NCBI RefSeq assembly: GCF_900143255.1
Contig: NZ_FRDI01000003.1
Location: forward strand, 274,641-298,640
Source of the DNA: Desulfovibrio litoralis DSM 11393
GTDB taxonomy: Bacteria > Desulfobacterota > Desulfovibrionia > Desulfovibrionales > Desulfovibrionaceae
Direction of reading: 5' to 3'
DNA length: 24,000 nt
Made by a program: the position numbers and the translations under genes. Below are positions 8,580-17,800 of this stretch, piece after piece. The number at the start of each line of letters is the position of its first letter. Position 1 is the first letter of the stretch. The notes under the pieces were generated by a model. It saw only the letters and a program-made list of their open reading frames with translations. It was not told the origin of the DNA and did no database searches.

Positions 8580-9728
8580 TTATTTTATCAAAACCAACTT
8601 ATCGGTTTTATTAAGGTTTTTTACCTCTGCGATCAGTGTTGCCAAGTGTCCGTTATCCAATAAGATTGTTTCAATTTCTTTTAGTTTGTTTTCTGGAACT
8701 GCCAAGGCTATTCCACCTGAACTTTGAGGGTCAAAACACAAATCGCTTAAACTTAACGGTAAATTATCGGCAATTTCCAACCCGGCTTTTTCTTCCACAC
8801 AATAATGCCGATTCGCATGACAAGCGGCAGGCAAAAGCCCCATTTCCGCAAAGTCTTGAACCTTTGACATAAGCGGTAACTTATCAGCATACAATACAAT
8901 TTGTTTTCCCGAAGCTTCCGCCATTTCCATTAAATGACCGCCAACTCCAAAGCCGGTGATGTCTGTTGCCGCTTTTAACTTAAAAGATCGAATTAATTTG
9001 GCGGGTAAAGCGTTTAACAAACTTGCCCAAATATATACTTCTTTTTCAAGAGTCCGATATTCATCATCTAACTCGCCCTTGATAGCCGTTGATAAAACGC
9101 CCGTCCCCAAAGGTTTTGTAATAATAATAAGATCGCCTGTTTGTAACCCTGAATTGCTTGCAAAATTTGAGGGGTCAACACAACCCGTTACGGACAATCC
9201 ATATTTTATTTCGCTGTCTTCTAAAGTATGACCGCCGGCTAAAACCACCCCGGCCTCTTTGAGTTTTTCCGCCCCGCCGTTTAAAATAGCCGACGCAACT
9301 TCCAATTCAAACTCGCAAGAAGAAAAACTTAAAATATTCATCGCCGACCAAGGACGCCCACCCATCGCATAAATATCAGACAAGGCGTTAGTGGCGGCGA
9401 CTTCTCCAAATTGAAACGGGTCGTTCACCAAAGGACTTAAAATATCTACTGTTTGTGCTAGAGCAAGTTTGGTAGTTTTATGTTCAAGCTCAAACCCTAA
9501 TAAATTATCAGGTAACGAGTTGTCTTTACGCCACCACTCAAGATCGGGCATCTTTACAATAGCCGCATCTTCATGATGCGAACTATTTGATAAAAGACGC
9601 TCGGCATAATCATCAGACCCTAAAGCACTCAAAATTTTCTCCAACACCGCCGGAGCCAATTTCGCCGCTCAGCCGGCTGATTTAGCTTTTTTTAAAAGCT
9701 GAATCTCGCTTGAAAAAATTTTATTCAT
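8580..9728 (-). CDS. selD: selenide, water dikinase (selenophosphate synthetase), selenocysteine-containing form with UGA-Sec at codon 20
   Basis: The track ORF (8580-9659) starts at MAPAVLEKIL and lacks the catalytic N-terminus. Reading through TGA at 9671-9669 in the same frame from the ATG at 9728 gives MNKIFSSEIQLLKKAKSAG-U-AAKLAPAVLEKIL. This matches the SelD G(C/U)G.K(I/L).P..L loop, which in E. coli is GAGCGCKISPKVL. The total length of 1149 nt is divisible by 3. The body has SelD motifs (DILSPLVNDPFQFGEVAATNALSDIYAMGGRP). Confidence 0.85.
9630..9664 (-). promoter_or_regulatory. candidate bacterial SECIS hairpin immediately 3' of the selD UGA
   Basis: The minus-strand RNA starts 5 nt after the UGA. 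It reads CGAAAUU-GG-CUCC-GGCGGUGUU-GGAG-AA-AAUUUUG. That gives a 7-bp lower stem (one G-U pair), a 2x2 internal loop, a 4-bp upper stem and an apical loop containing GGU. Confidence 0.5.
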
Positions 9729-9808
9729 AATAAAAATACAATAAAAATGCACTGTTGCCCTTGGGGCAAGCCCAAACGAAGATGCAACAAGCGAATTTTA
9801 TCAATAAG

Positions 9809-10699
9809 TTAAATAACTTTGTTTAAAGGATACTCAATAATACCTTGAGCTCCGGCTTCAACCAATTGCGGAATTAAATCTCTAACGATATGAGTTTTAA
9901 CAATAATTTCTAAAGCATGCCACTCAGAATCTTGCAAAGGAGAAACGGTCGGCGAATTTAAAGCAGGGATAATCGTTAAAACAGTTGCCAACGACTTGCT
10001 TGGAACGTTCATTTTAAGACCAACCATAGATTCTGCTTTTAACGCACCTTGTAAAAGCAAGTTGATTTGTTCTATTTTTTTACGCTTTTTAGGGTCTTCC
10101 CAAGCTTTTTTATTAACAATCAACTGGGTATTACTACTTAAAACTTCGTCAATAATACGCAAACCGTGAGCATGAATTGTTGTTCCGGTTTCAGTAACTT
10201 CAACGATAGCATCAGCTAAACCTTCTACAACTTTAGCTTCGGTCGCCCCCCAAGAATATTGCAATTTAATCGGAATATTTTTATCGTCAAAATATTTTTT
10301 TGTTAAGCCCATAATTTCTGTAGCAATACGACAACCCGCTAAATCTTCGGGTTTATGAAAAGGCGAATCTCCGGCAACGGCTAAAACCCATTTTGCCGGG
10401 CGATTACTGGCTTTGGAATAAACAAGGTCAGATAAAACAAAGACATCGGCGCCGCTTTCTAAAATCCAATCTTTTCCCGCTAAACCCGCATCTAAAATAC
10501 CGTCTGCGATATAAGTCGGCATTTCTTGAGAACGACAAAGTCTCGCACTAATTTCAGAGTCGTCAATTTCAGGGAAATAATTGCGATGTCTAAGATTTAT
10601 TTTCCAGCCAGACTTGGCAAATAAAGCGATGGTTGCTTGTTCAAGAGAACCTTTTGGAATACCAAATTTAATTAAAGCATTATCATTAACACAAGACAT
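9809..10699 (-). CDS. hisG: ATP phosphoribosyltransferase, long form
   Basis: The 296-aa protein has a HisG-like N-terminus (KFGIPKGSLEQATIALF) and a C-terminal regulatory domain of long-form length. Its start overlaps the hisI stop as TAATG, sharing nt 10699. Confidence 0.92.
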   Translation of the reverse strand: MSCVNDNALIKFGIPKGSLEQATIALFAKSGWKINLRHRNYFPEIDDSEISARLCRSQEMPTYIADGILDAGLAGKDWILESGADVFVLSDLVYSKASNRPAKWVLAVAGDSPFHKPEDLAGCRIATEIMGLTKKYFDDKNIPIKLQYSWGATEAKVVEGLADAIVEVTETGTTIHAHGLRIIDEVLSSNTQLIVNKKAWEDPKKRKKIEQINLLLQGALKAESMVGLKMNVPSKSLATVLTIIPALNSPTVSPLQDSEWHALEIIVKTHIVRDLIPQLVEAGAQGIIEYPLNKVI

Positions 10700-11121
10700 T
10701 ATTTATAAATCTCCTTAGGATCAAAAATTAATTCAGAACAAATAAGTGTTTCGGCGTTTTTTGCACGTTCTCTGTAAAAACAACTTTTATAACCAACATG
10801 ACAAGCAGCACCGCCCTTTTGTTCCACTAAAAGCAAAATAGTATCTTCATCACAATCAATGCGAATATTTTTTATACGTTGTACATGCCCGGAACTTTCG
10901 CCTTTATGCCAAATTTTATTGCGGCTACGACTAAAATAATGAGCTTCGCCTGTTTTAAGGCTAAGCTCCCAAGCATCTTTGTTCATATAAGCAAGCATCA
11001 GCACAACGCCACTATCCGCACACTGTGCAATTACTGGTAACAATTCGGACTTTGAAAAGTTTGGAGAAAGGCTATTGTTTTTTTCAATAAATATACTTTG
11101 TGTGTTTTTGATGTCATTCAT
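10699..11121 (-). CDS. hisI: phosphoribosyl-AMP cyclohydrolase (monofunctional HisI)
   Basis: [42 protein letters not shown] and [29 protein letters not shown] are HisI signatures. There is no HisE domain. Confidence 0.9.
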   Translation of the reverse strand: MNDIKNTQSIFIEKNNSLSPNFSKSELLPVIAQCADSGVVLMLAYMNKDAWELSLKTGEAHYFSRSRNKIWHKGESSGHVQRIKNIRIDCDEDTILLLVEQKGGAACHVGYKSCFYRERAKNAETLICSELIFDPKEIYK

Positions 11122-11413
11122 ATTATTTTATGTTTAAGAAGTTTTTACTTCTAAGGAAATTTAATTTTCCTATAATTAGGTTAAGATAAAAAGTTAAAAA
11201 GATATAACCTTAACAACACGATAAAAAAATTGATTAAAATATCTCTGCTACCCTACTATAGTTAAGATTTCTTGAAAAGAAAAAAATACTTAGATAAAAA
11301 AATTACGTCTCAAGATTATTTAGCTCTTTACTTTACATATCTTTTTATTACAGTTAAAATAGTTAAAACAAGCCAACACTCAATAAAAAATAACAATCAT
11401 TGAGGAAATTTCT

Positions 11414-11674
11414 ATGCAAAGTTGTACTCTTTATGCCCTTTCGACCTGTTCTCATTGTAAAAAAACTAAAAGTTTATTAGAAGAACTCGCTGTTTCCATG
11501 AACTGTATCTATGTTGATACACTTGAGGGAACAGAACGTCAAAACGCTATCGCCACCGTAAAAAAAGTCAACCCCAAAGTTTCTTTCCCTACTGTTGTCT
11601 TTGAAAACTGCGATAAAGTTATTGTGGGCTTTGAACCGGAAGAAATTAGGGAGTTTGTGGGAAATGGACAATAA
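11414..11674 (+). CDS. glutaredoxin/NrdH-like small thiol-disulfide protein (CSHC active site)
   Basis: The 86-aa protein has a beta1-CxxC-alpha1 layout (TLYALSTCSHCKKTKSLLEE) and a later FPTVVF motif typical of the thioredoxin fold. GAGGA ribosome-binding site upstream. Its 3' end overlaps the next gene by 11 nt. Confidence 0.75.
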   Translation: MQSCTLYALSTCSHCKKTKSLLEELAVSMNCIYVDTLEGTERQNAIATVKKVNPKVSFPTVVFENCDKVIVGFEPEEIREFVGNGQ

Positions 11675-12020
11675 AACCGCTAAGCCCAATGACCCTATTA
11701 CCCTTTTAAATATTCTTAAACCCATTCAAGAAAAAAAGGGATATTATTTTAATGCCGAAGAGGCAACCACTCTTGAATTACTTGAATCTCTTTTAAAAAC
11801 CAAAGAAAGATACGGTTATATGACCTGCCCCTGTCGCCTCGCCAATGGAAACAGAGCTGATGATGCCGATATTATTTGCCCTTGTGTTTATCGGGAAGAA
11901 GACGTAAAAGAGTTTGGCTCTTGTTACTGTAATTTATATGTTAGTGCTGAGTGGAACGAAAACAAAATATCCCATAAAGCCGTTCCGGAACGCAGACCAC
12001 CCGAAAAAATTAAGTGGTAA
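11664..12020 (+). CDS. ferredoxin:thioredoxin reductase catalytic-subunit-like protein
   Basis: CPCRLANGNRADDADIICPCVYREEDVKEFGSCYC reproduces the FTR-catalytic CPC...CPC...CHC cysteine layout, with Tyr in place of His. I start it at the ATG at 11664 (MDNKTAKPND...). The track start at 11595 would lie out of frame inside the upstream gene. Confidence 0.8.
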   Translation: MDNKTAKPNDPITLLNILKPIQEKKGYYFNAEEATTLELLESLLKTKERYGYMTCPCRLANGNRADDADIICPCVYREEDVKEFGSCYCNLYVSAEWNENKISHKAVPERRPPEKIKW

Positions 12021-12102
12021 TTTAAGTTTTTTGAGCGTTAAAGCTTGAACGAGTGATTTACCGTGTTTTTCAATAACTCCTTACAAGGATTTTTTTTCAT
12101 TT

Positions 12103-12885
12103 ATGATCGTCTTATCTCCTATTGATCCCGTAGCTTTTAGCCTTGGACCACTCGCCGTGCGTTGGTATGGCTTAAGTTATCTTGTCGGGCTAAGCGTTGC
12201 TTGGTGGCTCGGGCGTTATCGTGCTAAACAACCAAACAGCTATCTAAAACCGGCTTTTATCGAAGACTTGGTTATTTATTCGGCATTTGGCGTTTTAATA
12301 GGCGGACGACTTGGTTATATTCTTTTTTATAACTTTCAACATTATCTCAGCCACCCTTTAGATATATTTTCGGTTTGGGAAGGTGGAATGTCTTTTCATG
12401 GCGGAGTACTAGGCGTAATTTGCACTGTTTTTCTTTTCAGTTATTTAAAATATAAAGACCCGATTAAAGTTGCCGACTTCGCTTGCCCTTGTATTCCCCC
12501 CGGACTTTTTTTCGGACGCCTCGGAAATTTTATCAATAGTGAGCTTTGGGGACGACCCACAGATGCACCTTGGGGCGTAGTTTTTCCTAATATCGGATAC
12601 CCCCCACGCCACCCTTCGCAATTATACGAAGCCCTTTTAGAAGGCTTAGTTTTGTTTATAATACTTTGGATTTATTCCAGTAAACCAAGAAAACGCTTTG
12701 GACCTTCGGGCTTATTTTTATTAGGCTATGGAGTCGCTCGTTTTATTGTCGAATTTTACCGTGAACCAGACTTACAACTGGGCTATATTGGCTTTAACTG
12801 GCTGACTATGGGACAACTTCTTTCTATTCCGATGATCCTAATCGGAGGGGCCATGTTGTATTACGCTGAAAAAGTAGAAAAATAA
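12103..12885 (+). CDS. lgt: phosphatidylglycerol--prolipoprotein diacylglyceryl transferase
   Basis: Lgt signatures are present: RWYGLSYLVG, GGRLGYILFYN, WEGGMSFHGG, GRLGNFINSELWGRPT and HPSQLYEA. The protein is multi-pass hydrophobic. Confidence 0.93.
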   Translation: MIVLSPIDPVAFSLGPLAVRWYGLSYLVGLSVAWWLGRYRAKQPNSYLKPAFIEDLVIYSAFGVLIGGRLGYILFYNFQHYLSHPLDIFSVWEGGMSFHGGVLGVICTVFLFSYLKYKDPIKVADFACPCIPPGLFFGRLGNFINSELWGRPTDAPWGVVFPNIGYPPRHPSQLYEALLEGLVLFIILWIYSSKPRKRFGPSGLFLLGYGVARFIVEFYREPDLQLGYIGFNWLTMGQLLSIPMILIGGAMLYYAEKVEK

Positions 12886-12888
12886 AAG

Positions 12889-12939
12889 AATGATACCCAT
12901 CTCGTACACTGAATACAGTATAGCATGATGGGTATCATT
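12889..12939. terminator. 13-bp perfect inverted repeat between convergent lgt and the orphan gene, a possible bidirectional terminator
   Basis: AATGATACCCATC (12889-12901) pairs with GATGGGTATCATT (12927-12939), with a 25-nt loop. There are no strong U-runs, so a terminator function is uncertain. Confidence 0.4.
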
Positions 12940-12971
12940 AATTAAACTTATATAAAAAATTTTGACTGCGA

Positions 12972-13631
12972 TTATACTATAATATCTAATGATACATTTA
13001 CGTTAACAGTTGGAGTTGGTGCACTATCAGGTATGCTTTCAATAGCTACAGAATTGCCACTTGCTTCAGCAACGACATTATTTACTTCAGGGCTACTTGG
13101 TATTGGGTTACCATTGGCATCTTTTGGTGCCATAGCTTCTTCCACACCCTTTTCCATACTGTCTTGCATTTCTTTAAAGCTTGCTTCACTACCGTCTACA
13201 ACCTTTTTCATCACTTTAGCACGTCTCATTCTTGGATCAGCAACACTAGGATCTGCATCAAAAGCCTCAAGCATACCATTTATAGTATCTTGTATAGAAT
13301 CTTTCATTTTCTCTCTTGTTATTAGAGCATTTTTTGTCGCTTGAACATATTGTGATTCTTGATAATTTTGATTGAAAAAATTATTTTGCATTAAATTAGA
13401 TGACCCAGATTGTTGATTATTCAAATTAGATGAATTTTGCATTAACAAACTTGAGGCGTCAGACAACGTAAGAACATCTTGTGGAATTAAAGGATCACTA
13501 AGTAATTTTTCATTATTTACAAGATCCTTATTTAAAAGATCTTTGAAATTTTTCTTCAACATATCTTTTAAATCTAACTTTTCCATCAAAAAACTTGATA
13601 AACTACCGCTTAATTCTTCGATAAGATTCAT
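12972..13631 (-). CDS. hypothetical protein (orphan, low-complexity middle, acidic)
   Basis: The ORF is open across 12972-13649. I prefer the ATG at 13631 (MNLIEELSGS...) because GAGGTG lies 5 nt upstream. No signal peptide, TM segment or recognisable motif. It has an Asn/Gln/Ser-rich segment and a Pro/Ser/Val-rich C-terminus. Confidence 0.55.
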   Translation of the reverse strand: MNLIEELSGSLSSFLMEKLDLKDMLKKNFKDLLNKDLVNNEKLLSDPLIPQDVLTLSDASSLLMQNSSNLNNQQSGSSNLMQNNFFNQNYQESQYVQATKNALITREKMKDSIQDTINGMLEAFDADPSVADPRMRRAKVMKKVVDGSEASFKEMQDSMEKGVEEAMAPKDANGNPIPSSPEVNNVVAEASGNSVAIESIPDSAPTPTVNVNVSLDIIV

Positions 13632-13779
13632 CTTACACCTCTGCAACAATCATATATAGGGTTACATTATACCACATATAATACTATCGTCAGAATATGT
13701 AAAAACTTTAACCATAAAATAAAAAATATCGCAATATAATCAATATAAGCTTATATTATTTATAGTTATGGTTATAAAA

Positions 13780-14787
13780 CTACTTCTTCCCGAATGCTTC
13801 CGATAAGGTTACGAATACAAAACCACGTTCTAAAAGTTGGGGTAAAGCCTTGACTAAGCCGGCACCGGTTCCGCTTTGCGGTCTGTGAAAATGAGCAAGT
13901 AGAATATCGCCACCTTTGCTTTGTAAAGTGCGTTTTTCTACTTCATGGGCGTTTAAAGTTGCCCCTTGATCTAAGGTAATGCTATATCCTGCGATACGAT
14001 AATCCGCAAAATGAATAAAATTTACGGCAACTTCGTCATAAAACGCCGTTCCCGAGCGAAACCAAGAGATTTTTTTATTATGTTGCAACAGTCCATATTG
14101 ATAAATCTGCCTACGACTCTCAATTATTTCAGCACAAAGTTCTTCAACTGAGCGAGTTCCTTGAATATTATAAACAGATTTTCCATTAACGGAGGCAGGA
14201 CGATGAGTCAAACCGTGGGAAGCGATTTCAAATAAGGGGTTTTCGGCGATACGTTGAAATACTGCTTGATTATGTTTTATCCACGAGGGCGTAACAAAAA
14301 AAGTTGCCCGAATTTTTAAACTCTCTAACGTTTGCAATAAACCTTCGTCATAATTTCCGTTTTTCATACCACTACAAGCATCTAAAGTAAGAGCCACAAC
14401 GGGGGCCTCATACTCAATATGCTCCCCTGATTTTTCATGATATTTACCGCTTCTTACAACCGAAAAAGGTAAACGAGAGTCAATTCCCGTTAAGGTTTCA
14501 GACCATTCTCTAGGTTTTAAAGAACTATTAGATGACTCTCGCCACTCGGAAATTAACTTAGGGCAAGTTGTTTCTGAATTAAACTCAGGTGCTATAGTTC
14601 CTTGTATTTCAGTTTCGCCTTCAGCTTTTTCTGTTGAGTTTAAGACAAGGTTAGATATAGGAGCGAGACCCGCATTTGACGGTTCTGATTGACTTTTTTG
14701 TGCCTCTATATTTTTTACAACCAAAAATATAACACAAAAAATGAAACCGACTAAAAGCAGACTATGCTTTAGTTTTAATTTAAACAT
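13780..14787 (-). CDS. polysaccharide deacetylase (NodB-homology / CE4) family protein with an N-terminal membrane anchor or signal
   Basis: VALTLDACSG, ATFFVTPSW, IASHGLTHRP and ILLAHFH fit the CE4 motif order (Asp motif, His-x-x-x-His type motif, LxH). It has a hydrophobic N-terminus (LLLVGFIFCVIFLVV). The track start at 14805 is a TTG, so I prefer the ATG at 14787. Depending on which start is used, it lies 23 nt (TTG 14805) or about 41 nt (ATG 14787) downstream of the 1257-aa gene. Confidence 0.8.
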   Translation of the reverse strand: MFKLKLKHSLLLVGFIFCVIFLVVKNIEAQKSQSEPSNAGLAPISNLVLNSTEKAEGETEIQGTIAPEFNSETTCPKLISEWRESSNSSLKPREWSETLTGIDSRLPFSVVRSGKYHEKSGEHIEYEAPVVALTLDACSGMKNGNYDEGLLQTLESLKIRATFFVTPSWIKHNQAVFQRIAENPLFEIASHGLTHRPASVNGKSVYNIQGTRSVEELCAEIIESRRQIYQYGLLQHNKKISWFRSGTAFYDEVAVNFIHFADYRIAGYSITLDQGATLNAHEVEKRTLQSKGGDILLAHFHRPQSGTGAGLVKALPQLLERGFVFVTLSEAFGKK

Positions 14788-14828
14788 AAAAGTCTCTTTA
14801 TACAAATATAAACAATGATAACGTTATC

Positions 14829-17800
14829 TTATCTAAGGTTAGGATTTGAAGTAAACCGAGCGGCATCTTCCGAAATTTTATAAGTTTTTAAATCAGAAGC
14901 GGCTAAACGCCCATAAACATCATTCGCATGTTTTTCTGCCAAATCTTTCATTATTGCCTGCCACTTAGGAAGGTTACCCATCTTTTTATATAAAGTTCCT
15001 TGTCTGTAAAGGTTTGCCAACTTATCAGCATCTTGAATTTCCATATACTGTGGATATTTAAGCATATAATCTAAAGCTTCTTGGGGTCTTCCCGCACTTT
15101 CGGAAATATCCATAAGCATATTTAATAATAACTTAATTTTCGGACGATCAAGTTGTAACGGGTCTTTGTCTGCAAGACTTAAAAAATTGCGTAAACTTTC
15201 TTTAGCAACACGGTTGGCGTTTTCCAAATCTCGTTTTTGCCAATAGTCGTTTGCCGTAAAATATTGAGCATAGGCCTGTTGTAATGGAGTAAGACCGGTA
15301 TCGCCCTGAAGTTTTTTCCACAATAACACCGCTTTGTCCGGGTTACCTGTTTTTTCTTCTGCGATAGCAACGGAATAGTCAAGTTGTTGAGCCGCTTTAT
15401 CGTTTAACTCCCACAACTGTACCTTACGCTGTAAATCTTTAACAGCGTCCCAACGATCATTTTCCACTAAAATATTTAAAGCCATTGCCAGAGCGTCTTC
15501 ACCATATTCGGGAATTTTCGCCCCTTGGAAAAATGGCTCAAGGGTATCTAAAGCCCTTTGAGGCGAATCGGTTTTCCACAAACTTCTCGCCAAAGCGATT
15601 GTGCTTGAAGGACGCAATTCATTTTTTTGTTCTCGCACGATAGGGAATTTATCCCATAAAGTCGTTGCCAAAGTTGTTCTATTTTCTAAAATTCCTTGAG
15701 CAACGGCGTTATCAAACGCCTGCATGGCTATTTCTTTAATTTTTGGAATAAGGCTGTGTTTAGGATAATCTTTAACAAAGGCGGTAGCTTGTTCCAAAGT
15801 GTTTTCATAATCTTTGTTCCAAAGATACCACATAGCCAGCTTTAAACGAGCTAAAGGAGCCAAAGAACTTTGAGGAAAATCTTTAAGTATTCTGTTATAA
15901 ACCTGAACCGCACCCAAGCTAAACTGTTTATTATCAAAAATTACGCTCATATCCCTTGCGGTTGGAGCATCATAAATACCTTCTTCCGCTAAACGCATCA
16001 TAGAAACCAAGCCACCGTCTTTATCAGGAAACTTTCTTACAGCTTCGTTATAAGTTTCTCTGGCGGCACTAACCTGACCGTCTATGGCATAAATATCACC
16101 CAAACGTGCCAAAACCATATCAGTTTCATCACCGTTAGGCAGAATGTTATAATAAGTCCAATAATAGTGGCGAGCTTTATCATTTTTTCCGACTCTAAAG
16201 GCCAAGTCGCCGAGCATATTTAAAAATTTAGGCTGATCAAGATAAAAACGAGGCCAACGTCTTTCAATAAACTCAACGATTTTATAAGCTTCCTCATAAT
16301 AACCAAGATTATAGTTAGTGCGTGCAAGTGCAACCGCAGCCTCTCGCACATAAGGATTATCCGGATAATTTTGAACTACATATTGATATTCATCAGCAGC
16401 TTTTTGATATTCTTTTTTGTTATAATAATATTCACCCCAATTATAATAAACAAGAGGAATATTAGGATCTTTTGGAAATTGTTTTTTAAGAATATTAAAA
16501 TACGCTTCGGCTTCTTGAGGGTTGTTACTTTTTAAATTGACGAAACCAAGACGCATTAAATGAGTTGCCACCATTGGTGATTTTAGATTAAAATTCATCG
16601 CTTCGGTGGTGCTTGAAACTATTTTTGAGAAATTAGCCAAAAGGTCACTCTTCCCAAGCTCATAAACAGCAGTAGCAAGTTCATTTAAAACCGTTTCACG
16701 CTGTTCAAAACTTAAGTCGGCTCTTCCCCGTAATGGTTCTAAGATCGCCAACGCCGCTTCATATTCACGCACTTTAACATTAGCTTTGGCTTGAGTAATT
16801 AGTTCATCAATCGTTGGCGGAACAGGTTCTTGTTTACCTTGAGTACCGTGTCCTTCCTGAGCTTGTGCCGTATTATTGGTAGTATTAGCATTACTTTTTA
16901 CTAAAAGTTCAAGCTGGCGTGGTTCAGGAGTAAAAGACTGTTGCCCTGTCGCCTGTTGCCCTGTCGCCTGTTGCCCTTGTTGTCCTGTTGCTTGCTGTTG
17001 TCCTGTTGCTTGTTGTTGCTGTTGCTGTTGCGTTAAGGGCTGTCCTGCACCTTGCATATTTTGCGGAATAGGTTGAACCTGATTTTGCCCTTGTTGCTGT
17101 ATTGGTTGATTATAAGGATTTTGTTGTAAAGCTTGCCCCTGAGGGTTTTGTGGAACAAAAGGAACCTGTTGATTTTGAGGTAAATTTTGTGGCAATGACT
17201 GTGGTGATGCTTGAGACGGCTGAACAGGTTGTTGAACTTGATTACCTTGAGGCGGAAATCCTTGTTGCCCGTAAGGCATTTGTTGAGCCTGTTGTTGATA
17301 CTGCTGTTGTGCCTGTGGCACAAACTGTTGCTGTTGCATTGCCGGCATTTGATTTTGAGGCATTTGATTTTGAGGAGTTTGCACCTGTGCTTGAGGTTGA
17401 GGTGCATAAAGTTCGGAGGGCGGAGGACCAAGCTGAATCGGAACAGATAAATTCGGACCTGCATTCGGATTTTGTGCAGGAGTTTGAGAAACCGCTTGAG
17501 GTTGTTGCCCCATTTGAGATTGAGGCATATTTTGCGACTGCTGTTGTCCAATCGGCATTTGCGAAGCCTGAGTCTGCTGAGGATAAACAGCTTGCGGCAT
17601 ATTTTGACCTTGAGTCAGGTTTTGCGGCTGTGCAAACGGTTGAGTATTCGGCTGGGCATAAACATTTTGAGAAGGAGCGGCTTGTCCATATGGATTAGCA
17701 AAACCACTTTGACCCTGTTGCCCGGCTTGACTATAAGGATTTACAAACCCTTGTTGGTTTTGTCCTTGAACGGGCTGTGCCTGCTGTTGCATAGGCTGTT

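Noticed and set aside
11595-11663. Track start at 11595 for the FTR-like gene (MSLKTAIKLLWALNRKKLGSLWE...).
   Set aside because: That extension overlaps 80 nt of the upstream glutaredoxin-like gene in another frame. The conserved FTR-like sequence begins after the ATG at 11664.
12889-13779. Possibility that the orphan gene region is a mobile or horizontally acquired islet.
   Set aside because: No integrase, transposase, tRNA attachment site or flanking direct repeats are present. Composition is only slightly more AT-rich by eye, so I report it only as an orphan gene.
16876-17076. Plus-strand 66-aa ORF with a striking Cys-rich repeat (CCPVACCPVACCPCCPVACCC...) that superficially looks like a metallothionein or RiPP precursor.
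   Set aside because: It is the reverse-complement reading of the CAA/CAG (Gln) tandem repeats of the 1257-aa minus-strand gene. It has no RBS, and the repeat periodicity is fully explained by the QQATG coding repeats.
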